A DNA stretch of 64,000 nt from Chrysomallon squamiferum (lineage: Eukaryota; Animalia; Mollusca): the NCBI GenBank assembly GCA_012295275.1, contig CM022672.1, positions 20,212,001 to 20,276,000 of the forward strand, written 5' to 3'. Position numbers and translations under genes: made by a program. Below are positions 25,469-39,263 of this stretch, one piece after another; the stretch's first letter is position 1; each line of letters opens with the position of its first letter. The notes under the pieces were generated by a model that saw nothing but the letters and a program-made list of their open reading frames with translations, searched no databases and was not told the DNA's origin.

Positions 25469-27129
25469 CTTTGTTAGTGCATCAGACTTCGCTTTACCGT
25501 ATCGACATTCGCTGGTGAAAGTCTGGCAGTTGTTACAACAAAGGTTGTAAGTTGTTCGTCCAACGCTATTTTTCGCTATCTCAACAATTTTTTCGCTTTC
25601 CAGAGGCCTGTCAATTATAGTATTCAATTGATCATGTTTAAATAAAAGACATTAATGTACTTAGCAACAAATATTTCATAATATTATTGCTCTTAATACA
25701 AAGTTTGGTATTTTTATGACTTTTTATATAATGTGTGAACTGATCACACACACACACACACACACACACACAAGCCTATATTATTCCGTTAAATGCAGCG
25801 TTTTAGTTTATTTGTTAGTGGCTAATACTCATCCTAATTAGCTTGATGCTGCTTAATATTTGTACTCCAAAGATTATAATTATATAATCTTTAATGAAAA
25901 GATAAAAGTATCTGAGACTGATAACATTATTAGCAGTAGACAAAAAATAAAAATTTTGAATGAAACTTAAACTGAGAAAAAAAAAATGATATGCATACAT
26001 ATAATAATATACATACACACACATGTAATTGATACATCTACTTTTAAGTTGAGTTTTAACTTTTATCTGTTTATGTTTAATTATGGATTTAAATCAAATT
26101 TACGTGCGACCCATGTCTTGTTTTATGGACACTGGACTGTTTTTTTGGACATCCTCCACTTTTTCTATTTTCACTGTTGCCGGTACAGATACTCCACTGA
26201 AGCTTGGTGCACTGCTTTTATTGTAATCTGGAACTTTGTGAACTACCTGTCCTTCACCTACAAAATAATATGTTAGCTATAAACAAAACAAACAAAAAAA
26301 CAATACCAAAAAAAAAAATAATAATAATAACAGGGGTAATATAATTCAGTGACATAGTTTAGTTCATCAATATATATATATATTAATCATGGCATAACAA
26401 GCTGATCGAAGTTTTCAAGGACTCGTGTATAAAAGTTGCAAGACATCAGCCTGGAGTATGATGGGTTTTTGCTTCAGAAAATCACTGAACAGACGTGGCT
26501 AATTCAGAAATACAGCTGTAAAATTTGCTGACGTCCATCATGAGAGTATCTATTGGCTACAGATAGATCATCTGATGAAAGTGATATTCTGAAATGATTT
26601 GGATATTAAGATATAAACACTGCTATGATGGAAAACAGAAATTAAACTAGTAGAGCTTGCAACTGGCATATCGAAAAGGATAATGAAATCACTTAAAAAT
26701 GCAAACCTTACTTCCCTTTGGAAATGAGTTCGTCTTATCAAATCATTGAAGAAAATGTACCCGTAACTGTGTGAAAGAATTAGTCTAAATAAAATTCCCA
26801 TCCTTTCAAGTTGTTTCTTACATTTCCATCCATAATTAATTGTAAAACGTGAAATAAGTTTTAATCTGTATGGTCTACGAATTTATTCAGAAATACTCTG
26901 CTGCTTGTAACTCTCTATCGAGGTTACATTCTTTCATAAAGTATTTTGCCATATGCATGTCATTAGAAAAGAAATAGATTTTTATAAAAATTATAATGGA
27001 AAAAGTCCTACCTACATAAACACCCTCATGATAATATCGTCCACGATTAAACTGCAGTATGTCTCCTTTTTTAAAGCTATCTTCTTCTTCAAAACTATCA
27101 TCTCTGTTACTTGTATCTTGTAGTGACAT
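25469..27129 (-). CDS. Divergent PLAAT-like protein, copy B5 (exons 1-3 intact; last exon uncertain)
   Basis: Exons 27129-27012, 26257-26104, 25607-25469. Motifs FNRGRYYHEGVY, VVHK, YNLCCNNCQTFTSECRYG. The usual exon 3 donor is mutated (GT to CT); AAG|gttatt 9 nt later is in phase. Candidate short last exon 25131-25093 (NKTNQFKNMPWE*). Confidence 0.75.
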
Positions 27130-27493
27130 TATGTTCACTGACGGTGTAGTTTGTCACTAAGTGTTTCAGTCTGAAATGTTTGTTCGAGAGAATGCGACTT
27201 ATACCCAGGTAAGAATGTTCTCGTGACTATTCAGTTTCCTTGTAATATGTCAATTTCCACGAATCGCAGTTTTTGTTTATGGACACTACAGATGAGATCA
27301 GTACATAGCAACCAAATGAGGTCATATAAAAAAATTAACTTTAGTGGTGAATTATATCATCATATGAATTTTTTTTTAAGAGGGTGTTATTTCATTTTTC
27401 AGATACTTGGTCAGAAAAATAAATTTACAAATGTATTTCACCATAAGCATGCATTTATAAATAAATCATTAATATCATGTTATTTTATTCCAA

Positions 27494-27624
27494 ACCGTTG
27501 GAAAAAAAGATAAATAGTGCAAAATGATTTGTCGAAAATTGGAAAAGGTAATTATAATCTCATACTCAACAACTGTGAACATTTCGCCAATTGGTGTCGA
27601 TACGACATTGAAGAAAGTGGACAG
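27494..27624 (+). pseudogene. Orphan PLAAT C-type exon 3 remnant (duplicate of 1546-1676)
   Basis: Same NNCEHFANWCRYDIEESGQ, with the same degenerate acceptor, extra A and stop. Confidence 0.85.
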
Positions 27625-28024
27625 GTAAATGTACCAATGATTACTGTAACACAAAGATTTCTTTTCATTAGGTATTGTATAAAATTATAAATAGAAAAGT
27701 AGTTTTGCAAATAAAAATTTAGTATTCCTCTTCAATAAACCAGTACGAGTCAACAAGTTATTGGAAATTATTTAAGAACTGAAAACAATTTATTCTCGTA
27801 AATCGGGTAGAAATATGTATAGTTCATATAACTGCCTATGTATTCCTATAGATTGTTTTATTTCATGTTTGTACAAGCCGTTATATGACGGTTTAAAAGC
27901 AGTTTAAAGCATATTATGTTCCAATTCCAGTAAAAGAAGCTGATAAATATAGAAGTGACCTGTGTTGAATTTTACTATTTATTGTGTTATTTTATGAAGA
28001 ATATGGTTTTCATTTATTTTGTTT

Positions 28025-28071
<47 letters not shown>

Positions 28072-29922
28072 AAATCACCCTTGTGCTAGCCGCAGTATAA
28101 CAGCTTGAAAGCAGTTTAAAGCATATTGTGTTCCAATTTGAACTAAAGAATCTGACAAATAATTTACATAACCTGTAACGGTGTCACGGTGACTAGTCTG
28201 ATTGTATTAATACCTAAAATTTGGCTCGCCCCGTCTAAAGGGTAGCAGACAAGGTGGTACAGCTTAAACTACTAAATGACTCTTCTGTATCCACCAGAGA
28301 ACAATAACACAAACAAGAATTCAATATGGATAATTGTTTTATATATATATACATATATATTTTATATAAATTAACCATCAGTGGTAACATATAATTTATT
28401 ATTATTATTATTATTATTTTTTTTTTTAACAAATTTCGAGTTCAATATATATATATATATATAACTAATAAATTATGAATTGTTAGTCTATAAGGTCACC
28501 ATTTATCTAAATAATCTTTCATATATATATATATATATGAAAGATTATTTAGATAAATGGTGAGCTTATAGACTAACTATTCATAATTTATTAAGTTTTA
28601 TTTTTACTTGATTGCAAACGTTTATCTGTCCGAGAGAAGACATGGTGCTCTCTCCAATATTGTTGAATAAATAAATACTACTACTACTACTACTATTAAT
28701 AATAATAATACAGTATACTAGTATTAATAATATAAAGAAAGAAACTTAGTCAGTCAATATAAAAAACACAGGCCAGTTGTCGGGTAATTCCAAAAGAAAC
28801 AGCGCCCGAAGTTTCTGATGTATATTTAATAAACTGTCCTTTTTTAATGCAAAAGTTTATAACGTATGGTGACAGTCAGTTACGGCTTATACGCATTGTT
28901 TAACTCTATATATTTTATATAAGTAAAAGACTTCAGGTTAGACGTGAATAAATTATCTTTTTGTAATCTAAAATGACATTCTTGAAGAACAATTAGACAC
29001 AGGCCTGACCTGAATTACTCTGCATTATTGATTCCCGTAGAACTGCTGATTATCTGAACGATTGGTGAGCTATATTAACCTCTAGTATCCCTCCTCCCAC
29101 CCCCCCAAAAAAACAGCAAATAAAAAACCCAATAATAATAAGAAGAATACTACTATTACTACTACTACTAAATAAATAAATAGCAATTCAGTTCGTGACA
29201 TATTTTTCTAACGAATAACCATTTCTCGGAGAAACGCCGATTAAAAGGACACACCACAGTTATTTTAGTCCGCAGTTCTCGGAGAAAGGGATATGAATGG
29301 GACGATAACCCAGATCTCTATATAATGATATTTCCGAGGAATAGAAAGTTCGTGTCCCGGAACCCATCCCTGGCGATCCCAGAGATCGGATCCGTGATAG
29401 GCGTGCCCGAACCTTGAATTGGACGTGGGCACGTAAAAATAGTTCTCCATCCATCCGTGTTTCTGTTCGGTGTATGTTAAAGAAAGAGGAAATAAATGTC
29501 TTTGTCAATGCATCATACGAAGGGGTTCGTTGGAAACAAGCCAAAAAGTAATGCTAGATAAATAATAAGTCTATTCTACATACAGATGAAAAAAACAACG
29601 AAATAGTGCAAAGTGCTAAACAGTTTTGATGTTATAGAAATTTAGAAATAAATGATTCAATAATAATTGTATATACTTATAAATAAATATGCATACATTC
29701 ATGTACTTATACACATGTCTATGCTTACGTCAAATATATATATATATATATGCTGTGTTTGAACTGATAGAATGATATTCTAGACGAAATTTTAACTATG
29801 GTATACGTATTAACATTAGTTACATCTGTATGAACGTGTTTGTATGTATGAATGTACTCGTGCATCTATGTATGAATGTGTGTGTGTTAATTACTATAGT
29901 TTTTACGCGCGCGCACACTCAC

Positions 29923-29966
<44 letters not shown>

Positions 29967-30288
29967 TGACTTGGTGTTTGATCATCATAACATAATCAGT
30001 TAAATCCTGCTTACAAAAATCGTTCAACGATTTCTGGTCACAATATCCGCTGGAAACCTCATGGTAACCAAAACCAAGTGGTTGAGTAGCAATATTGCAT
30101 GAATAAATTGTATTTTCAAAAGTACTTTTAATATATATTCATATATATATATTATTTTTTTTTTTTTTTTTTTTTTTTTTAAGCAACAAAAGCAAACAAA
30201 AATAAATAAGATGCCATTTTTTTTCCAAAACTGCATAGTGCCATTTCTTGCGGGTGCCATTTTTTTTCCAGTGCCATTATTTCCTATA

Positions 30289-30375
30289 GCCAGTGGAGTA
30301 TACACCTCTTGCAAACTCAATTAAATCGCCAGGATCACCATCAGATATGTTACTTTTCTTAACAAGTAATGTGAT
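30289..30375 (-). pseudogene. Orphan PLAAT A-type exon 1 remnant with its upstream region
   Basis: PGDLIEFARGVYS with ATG mutated to ATC. Region 30590-30900 is an inverted homologue of the A2 upstream region (~34400-34680). Confidence 0.8.
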
Positions 30376-30952
30376 TTTAATCTGCAATGGGATATTTTAC
30401 AATAACAAACAGCAGATTAATTATACATTATTCAGATAATTGCTCTTTTGACGTGTTTATTTATAAAACTGGAAATACCTATTTTTTCGAGAATATTGCT
30501 ATAACATTAACGTGCAAGTTACAGCTTGGAAATATCTAGATTTTTTAATGATGTGTCACTGTTTTGTTGTTATCACAAAACAAGCTGATAGTTAACTATG
30601 CACATTGTTGAATTTACTTTCAAATGCACATGGATTTAGCTAAGTCCATATTATGTATCTTTGTGTACATATGTAAATATTTATTATACAAACTGACAGA
30701 TATGAACCCTAACAAAATAAATTAAACCTTTTACAAACCTCCTTTTTCTATTTAGTAATAAATTTTGTGAGCCGGGTGTATATGTTCACGTGAGTGTTTG
30801 TGTGTGTGTATATAACGGTATCTAAAAAGAAAATACTTAATATTTAAAGCTGCAAGGTTAGCTGATACTGACACGTAATACATACATACGAACATACACT
30901 AATACAATGTCCAAGTTTCCTGTTAAAATCAATATCATTCCATGACTTGTTT

Positions 30953-32265
30953 TTAAAATTTCATTTCTCTGTTTTTAGAATCTTTCATCATGTAAGAAGC
31001 TACCTCTGTCACGAATTGCACAGCTCCAGTTATAAACGTCTGAACCTAGAAAATTGAAAACTATTTTAGTACAAAAGAAAAAACCAAAAGGAGAAGAATT
31101 AGACAATTTAAAAATGTAAATGAAGCACTACTGTATAAAAATGACATTTCTTTTTTTCAGGGACAGTAATATGATAAATTTAAAATTAAATAAAATTTAT
31201 AAAAAAAGGATTGAAGAAGCACAGAAATATAAAATATCGAAAAGAAACATTTTCTTTTATAAGACAAAGTAATGATTGCTAATAATTAATAGAGATACTG
31301 CTGTCGATAAAATGGTGGCGAGGAGATAAATTAAATTAAAGAAATATAAGACAAGGAAGTAACGGTTTTAATAATAATTATCATTTCATTAAAAAAAAAA
31401 AAAAAAAAAAAAAAATAGTAAATTTTGAATTCAAATGATTGTCTTGATTTTATATGTATGTATGAGTGTTTGATTGTGTTTGTGTGTGTGTGTGTGCAAA
31501 CAAAATAAATGAAAACCATATTCTTCCTAAAATAACAAAATTAATAGTAAAATTCAACACAGGTCACTTAATATATTTGTCAGCTTCTTTTACTGGAATT
31601 GGAACATAATATGCTTTAAATTGCTTTTAAACCGTCATATAACGGCTTGTACAAACATGAAATAAAACAATCTATAGATTAATACTTTTCCTTTTATAAT
31701 TTATTTCAATACTTAATGAAAACAAATCTTTGTGTTACAATAATCACTGGTACATTTACCTGTCCACTTTCTTCAGTGTCGTAAAGACACCAATTGGCGA
31801 AGTGTTCACAGTTGTTGAGCATCAGATTATAATTACATTCTCCAATTTTTGACAAACCTCTTCGAACTATTTCTCTTTTTTCCAAAGGTCTGAAATAACA
31901 TAACAAACAAACAAACAAACAAAAAAATTCATATGACGATACAATTCATCACTAAAGTAAAAAAAATGTTTGGATACGTTCAGGTTTTGGGGCCGATTTT
32001 GTGATTGATTGATTAATTGACGTTTTAATTATTACTATTATATTTTTAAAAACATTTAGTAGTAGTAGTAGTAGTAGTATATATATATTTTTGTTTCTGT
32101 CAGTGAAATAAGCATTACTTTCTTTTCTCGTCGTTTGAGTTGTTTCTGAATGCTTGGCTGTCTCCCTTCACGAACCAGAAGTCATCTTCTCTGACATGTG
32201 CTGTCTTAGCGTTTTTTTCACCGTCTGCACCAGACAGATGAATTACTTTTTCATCTCCTGCAGTT

Positions 32266-32296
<31 letters not shown>

Positions 32297-32448
32297 TGTG
32301 ATGATGATGATGATGATGATGACGTGGTTAATAATGATGTAACGGTAGATTTACCTTTGTATACCGCCCAATGACAATACACGTCTCGCTTAAATTCCCT
32401 GGCTCCAATTCGGTTATGTTCTCTCTCGTTATTTGTAACTTGGTTGTA
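30953..32448 (-). pseudogene. PLAAT C-type pseudogene C1 (inverted duplicate of C2)
   Basis: Exon 1 ~32448-32355 lacks the ATG and has a 10-nt deletion (CGATTTGGTG) relative to C2. Exon 2 32257-32119; exon 3 31889-31760 (NNCEHFANWCLY); exon 4 31045-30953. Confidence 0.88.
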
Positions 32449-32465
32449 CTAGTATTAATAATATA

Positions 32466-32505
<40 letters not shown>

Positions 32506-32543
32506 AAAATAAAATAAATAAATATATATATATATATATATAT

Positions 32544-33919
32544 AAGAATAATACTGAAGATTTTTATTTATTCATTTTGGTGGTACAAAAATCTGAGTTA
32601 GAAAAGTTTTATTATGACTTCAGATTGGTTGATTTGGTATTAAATATGAACATTAATTATCAGCATCATCCAAGACGTTCCCGGTTGTGTCTTCAAGCTC
32701 TTTCCCTGTTCGCTTCTGCTAATCACACAGCCAAGTGTAGTCTTTACATATAAATTATCTAGCAGTCACTCCCCTTTTCCAGGTTGTCACATGTCTACTC
32801 CAGTTAGAAATTCTCCAATAGTCACTAGACACGAGGACAAATTGTTACATTTCTCATCAGACAGCTGATGATATTCTCACTTTTCAAGCACATGTTAAGT
32901 TGTGACATAAAACTCTTCTTAAAAATTCTCATCTATCACTTCTTGACAGTTTGTTCAGGTGTATTTGTTTATCGGTCTATGAACTAATGAATAATATATA
33001 TATAAACAAAAAAAAAAAAACAAAAAAAAAACCCAATAGTAACAAAGATGAACACCCCCTAGAAAAGGAAACATAAAAATAAATTTATATTCATAAATAT
33101 TTAGCCAGAAACTTGTATATTATACAAATGTTAAAAGAGAAAGATATAATAAAAAAAACATATAACCAATAAAGAACCAGCTTTTATTTTAAAATATTAA
33201 AATATTTTCTCTGTAAACATTTACACAGATTCCAAAATATTTGTGTTCCAAATATGTCATTTATTATCTGATTCAAATTACCTCAAACATAGAAATTTCT
33301 AACGTCTTCAGTGAGTTATTAAAAAAAATATTTACATTAGCTAAAAAATCAAATATGTCTGGAATAGTGAAAAGCTGGTGTTTTCCATCTTACACTTTGC
33401 GTCTGTTGATGTATTAAGTAAATTAATCAGAGAAAAATAACTAACTTAGTACTGGAAAATGACCTGGGTCTTTGTTAACATTAAAATTACATTTCTGAGA
33501 CCTGCTCAACGAGAGAGGAACTAAGTATTGCAAATCAAAATGGTTTCATCACTAGGCAAACTGTGGTATAAATACTCTTCCAGAAATACAGCAGAAAATC
33601 CAAATATAAGCTGTTTATCAGTTTGCAGATTTTTATCCTCCGAGATGTTTCATAGAGCACTTATAATGACCACTTTTAGGATCAATACCGCAGATAGGTA
33701 CATACCTCTTTACACGTCTTCCCAGTTTTATCAATGTTGTCCCAATACATTTTTATTGGCTTTCCAACGCATTTATGTTTGAATGGACGATCTTTGGACA
33801 TTGCCTCGTCAGAGAAATATTTTAAATAGAAGTTTTAAAATTTCATTTCACAACAATATTTGTAACATTAATGTAACTCTTAATTAGGTTATTACTACTA
33901 CTACCACCACTATAATTAC

Positions 33920-33974
<55 letters not shown>

Positions 33975-34280
33975 TAATAATAAATAATAGAGCAAACTTG
34001 TTATAATAATGTTAAATATAAACGTAAAGCACTTAATACAATTAAATGTGTATTTGGACAATACTGTCAAGTTTATATTTAAATAATATTGTTAAAGTTT
34101 CACTTACAAAAATACTGCTCAATGTACATTTAAATAATACAGCACTGTTAAATGTAAATGTAACTTAAACTGTTAAATGTATTTAAATAATATTGCTGAA
34201 TGCACTCAAATAATCTTGTACATCTGAATTTTTGTAAAATTCGGTACAGAAAGCCACGAATAAACAAGTAGGTGTGTGGG
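32544..34280. repeat. ~1.7-kb older direct duplication, also at ~41567-43255
   Basis: Colinear similarity with indels (ttttggtggtacaaaaatctgagttagaaaag..., ...taccgcagataggtacatacctctttacacg...). Confidence 0.8.
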
Positions 34281-34906
34281 GAAAAAAACAAACAGAGAAA
34301 GAGATATATAACAGGAAAAATTTACAGTGTGTACTTTGCAACATCTGCTAAACGGAAGACTGTACACACGTATATTTTATCACAAATATGTCGTATCCGG
34401 GTCAGTGTAATACGTGTCAGTTAATTATTTTCTGTTTTAAATACACACACAAACACACATGTGAACATACACACCTGCACACACCATTCATTACTAAATA
34501 GAAAAATAGGTTTGTATAGTATTAATTCGTTTTGCTAGAGTTCATGCCTGTCAGTCAGTATAATAAGTATTTACATGTATGTACAAGTACAGACAGGAAC
34601 GCAAAGATACATAATATGGACTTAGCTAAATGTGTGTGCATTTGAAAATCAATTCCACACTGTGCATAGTTTCTTATCAGTCCTAAAAATAACTGTATTC
34701 TGTGACGTGTTAATCATATGTTCAACCAATACAATTATGAGTAATCTGGGTTTTTCTAAGTTGTTGTTTCCAGTCCCATAAAAAATTCTAAGTAAAAACG
34801 ACTGAAGAACAATTAACTGATTAGTGTATTTGGCGTCGAGCCAATGTTCTAAACTACAGTTTGTTAATGTAAAGATACCCTTTTTGAAGAAGACTGAAGA
34901 CGAAAA

Positions 34907-36539
34907 ATGACATTACTTATTACGAAGTACAACATATCTCATCTTGAACCCGGCGATTTAATTGAGTTTCAAAGAGGTGTATATTCCCACTGGGCAGTTT
35001 ATAAAGGTAACTATGTCATATACATCTGTGTAATAATTTTATTTACTTCTATTATTATTATTGTGTGCGTAAAGTGATCGACTTTGCTCACTTTTCCCGA
35101 TGGGCCATACGGTGTTGGGTAAATCATTTGTTTGCTGTGGTAGCTGTAAGGTTAATTGTAATTAGGTAAAAGTAAATATTTGACGACAACGTGAATCTGA
35201 TTTTGTTATATCTTCGATAGCAAGTTTTAGTTATTCTCCCAGGTGATGAGGAAGTGGTTCACCTAGCCGGAGAAGACGGAGACGGTATCGACAGCAACGT
35301 ACAACATTCGTTCTCGATTGGAGGCAAAATATTTAACAAAGCCTGTGTCAGAGTGGACAACATTTGGAAAGTTGCTGCTGGGAGTAAAGCCTACAAGAAC
35401 AATGCTAATGACGGCAAATTAAAGTGAGTAGGCTACACCAACATAAACAACGACTGATATAATAAAAAATACATATTTGTTTGGATTTTTAAAATATTGT
35501 TGTTGTTGTGTTTAACAGTAAGGAATATGTATTCGGTATAAAGAGATGGGATATTTAAAATTTACATCAGCCTTGAGATTTGCAATGAAACACATATCTC
35601 GATTTTTGAAACACCAGTGTGTAATCTATATTTTTTTAATAAGTTATGGACGAGGGACAGTATATCCAATTTATTTTATGTGTTTCTTAATATTTATTTA
35701 ATGAAAAATTTATTTTCATCATCTGAGTTACTGAATTTGAATTTCAGTCCGCTACGAAAACAGAATATTGTTCAGAGAGCGTTATCTAAACTTGGCCGAG
35801 TTGGTTACAATCTTATTTATAAAAACTGTGAACATTTCGCTAACTGGTGTCGTTATGATACTGAAAAAAGTGGACAGGTAAACAAACTGAATCATCATCA
35901 TCATCATCATCATAACCATCAATACACAACCAACATATATAATAATAAAATAAAACAAAACACCTAAAGTATACAAAGACTGATCGTTCGACCTAAAATG
36001 CCTCTCATACTCCTCTCTGTAGGAAAGAGATATAAATACATAAATATGGAGCGGGTTTTTTTTTTTTTTTTTTTTAAATATTACGATTTTTCTCTGCTAT
36101 TTCGATAATAAAATATTTCGTCCGTATTTCTTTTTTTTTTTTTACTAAATAAATAAATAAATATTTATTTATTTTATTATATTAAATTATTTTACGACAT
36201 TTTTTAATTCTTTATTTTTATTTTATTTTATATAATTTATATTATTATTATTAGTTTGTTGGGTTTTTTTTTTTTACTTTATTTCATATATATTATATTG
36301 TTTGGTTTTATTTACTGGTTTATTTTATTTTATTTATTTATTTATTTATTTATTTTTTTTTATTTATTTTATTGTATTGTATTTATAATATTTTATTTTA
36401 GCGGTATTTATTATGTTTTCAGGTGGAAAGTGTTGCTACTGTTGCCTTTATGGGTTTAGCTGCCGTCGCTGCTGTTGGTGTTGCCTACATGTTTAGTGGT
36501 TCTGATAAAGAAAAGAAAAGCAGAACACAGTCGAATTAA
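34907..36539 (+). CDS. PLAAT/HRASLS-family protein, copy A2 (175 aa, 4 exons)
   Basis: Exons 34907-35006, 35243-35423, 35748-35877, 36423-36539, in frame with GT-AG. Motifs PGDLIEFQRGVYSHWAVY, VVHL, KNCEHFANWCRY; tail VAFMGLAAVAAVGVAYMF. Confidence 0.93.
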
Positions 36540-36975
36540 AATTTCCAGCTTCCAGTTCCAGAAGAACAACAAAGAAGAAAGACTAAACTGAACACATGTA
36601 TCACCTTTAGAAGCAAAATAAATTTTGTACGATTTGGTTTTACCTTAATGTAAACCTTTCATTTTTCATGAAGTATATTTTATTCATTTGCAATAAACTG
36701 TTACAATTAAATGGTACTAAATAAATGTTATTTGTTATATTTTGGTTCGTTATATATATATTTATTTTTTTTTTTTTTTTTCTAATCCAACAATATATAT
36801 ATATATGTTTGTAACGGGGCTGTGTTTTCAGTCTATCAAAAACGAATATCGGTAATGTAATCAAACATCGTCTCTACAAGTCGTATACATTTTAATATTT
36901 TTACATTTTATAAACTGAAAGTTAAAACAATCCCCCCCCCCAAAAAAAAAAAAAACTCCAACTAATTAAGAACTA

Positions 36976-37209
36976 ATGTTCAGAACTCAGAGAACAATCA
37001 AATGCCAATTGTTCACGGACTGTCGGTTATTTACCAATATATGTCTTGAAGGTTTCCATTCGCGAGTCAACAGGCTGCTTCATCATAAACATCCAAACAT
37101 GTACAGATTTGTGGACTTGATCAAGGGGATAGAGAAATGTGAAAGAGCAAAGTTGGTGCAGTTGAATGCTGAAGCTGTACCACCACCGTTGAAACTTCCG
37201 GGATCTTGA
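36976..37209 (+). mobile_element. MULE (Mutator-like) transposase C-terminal fragment
   Basis: TNICLEGFHSRVNRLLHHKHPNMYRFVDLIKGIEKCERAKLVQL..PPP fits the animal MULE pattern TNNxxEGWHxxxN....HPNxxxFxxxLK. No complete ORF. Confidence 0.75.
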
Positions 37210-37862
37210 CTGCATTTCATTTTTTCATTTTTTGATTTAACGAAGACAGTTGGACGCCACTGGTTGAAACTGCAGTGACTGCATTTATTTATTTATTTTT
37301 TTTATTTTTTTTTTATTTTTTTATTATTGGTGAAATGAACTACATTCACTTCATTCAATACATGGATTATTTCGTTATTTGTCATATTTCCATACTTTAT
37401 GCGAGAAGTATATTCATATCATATATGCAATAATAATCGGTTTCTAGATAATCTGGAACAGTTCATTATAATGGATGAGGTAACAATATACACGGTTCGG
37501 TTTCCGACTTGGTCGAATTCTCAAAAGGTCGAAATACCTGATTACCTGTGTATGTAATGAACATGGCCTCTTCGTGTTCATACAACTTTTGATTATGGTT
37601 TATTTACTGCACTACCACCGAGAAAAAAGAGTCTACCGGGATCGCGACAATAGAGTCAGTCACCTCAAGCAGCAACCCACTGACAGAACCAAGACACCTG
37701 GACGCCATCTCATAAAGCTGCAGTGACTGCTCTTCTTTTTCTTTTTTTTTTTGGGGGGGGAAATAAACTACATCCACTAGATTCAATTCAATGCGTGGAT
37801 TATTTCGATATTTGTCATATTTCCATACTTTATGCGATAAGCGATACTGATATCATCTATGC

Positions 37863-38159
37863 CAGGGGTGCCCACACTTTTTTGGCTTGCGAGCTACTTT
37901 TTAAACGACCAAGTCAAAATGAGCTACCTACAATAAAAACGCAAAGCATTTATTATGGCTGAAGGATGGATGATAGGTTATTTTTTAGGTGTCGTGCGAT
38001 CTACCCACACTGTCTGTGCGATCAACGTATTGGGTATAGGATAGGATAGGAAAAAAATTAACGTGCTAATCAGAGCAAGCTGTTGTGAATCACGTCTGCG
38101 ACGGGCACGCTTTCTGACAGGTCAGCGGGCGTGTCCGTCGCAGATATTGGGTATCCCTG
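37863..38159. mobile_element. hAT-type non-autonomous element (MITE)
   Basis: Termini CAGGGGTGCCCA...TGGGTATCCCTG; imperfect 8-bp TSD atctatgc/atctaatc. The local duplicate at ~37360-37490 lacks the insertion. Confidence 0.7.
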
Positions 38160-38349
38160 ATCTAATCGGTTATAATAATAATCTGGAACAGTTCATTTTA
38201 ATGACTGAGGTAAGAACATACATGTCGGTAAGACCATTGATGGGAGTAACCCCACTAAGACCAATGAACCATATCTATTGTTGTTTTAGGCCGGTAAGAT
38301 AGCACCACGGGCAGTCATTACCATATATTAATGTCCCTCGTGTCTTGGA

Positions 38350-38748
38350 GGAATTTCCCAAGTTCTTTTAAGTCCAAACAAACAGAAATGAAACTCAGAC
38401 ACATTAATGGTGTTTATGTAACTTAAGATTATACTTGATGTTTTTAATTCAGTTCTTCACGTATTTATTTCTAAATTTCTATAATGGTCAATATATTTAA
38501 TTTATTTGTACATGCAATTATAATTTACAATTCAGTCACTTTATTTCTAAATCTCTATAATGGTCAGTCTGTTTAACCCTTTAACCACTTTTTAAATTTT
38601 TTATTTATTTATTTTTTTATTATTATTCATGTGTATGTATAATAGACTTAGTATTTATCTAACATTACTTTTTGGCTTGTTTCCAACGAAACCCTTCTGC
38701 AATGACGAAAAAAAAAAGTGTTTATTATAATCAGCAGTTTTCCGGGAA
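38350..38748 (+). promoter_or_regulatory. Putative NF-kB, IRF and STAT sites upstream of C2
   Basis: GGAATTTCCC (reverse GGGAAATTCC) at 38350-38359, GAAATGAAACT at 38385-38395, TTCCGGGAA at 38740-38748. Motif matches only. Confidence 0.4.
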
Positions 38749-39051
38749 TCAATAATGCAGAGTAATTCAGGTCAGGCCTGTGTCTAATTGTTCTTCAAGA
38801 ATGTCATTTTAGATTACAAAAAGATAATTTATTCATGTCTAACCTGAAGTCTCTTACATATATAAAATATATAGAGTTAAACAATGCGTATAAGCCGTAA
38901 CTGACTGTCATTATAAACATTTACATTAGAAAAGGACAATTTATTAAATATACAACAAGGAAACTTTCGGCGCTGTTTCTTTTGGAATTATGCGACAACT
39001 GGCCTGTGTTTTTTATAATGACTGACTAAGTTTGTTCACTTCTGTCTAATA

Positions 39052-39192
39052 ATGGCTACAACCAAGTTAGAAATAACGAAAGAAAACATAACCGAATTGG
39101 AGCCAGGCGATTTGGTGGAGTTTACGCGAGGCCTGTATTGTCATTGGGCGGTATACAAAGGTAAATCTACCGTTACATCATTATTAACCACG

Positions 39193-39263
<71 letters not shown>

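Larger units (their letters stand above)
25951..30505. repeat. Segmental duplication, copy 2 (matches 1-4489)
   Basis: Colinear near-identity, including the C-type exon remnant (27494-27624), the palindrome and the A-type exon 1 remnant (30289-30375). Confidence 0.95.

Noticed and set aside
32154-32342. ORF MAVSLHEPEV... also at 39141-39374
   Set aside because: Antisense reading of C-type exon 2 plus microsatellite.
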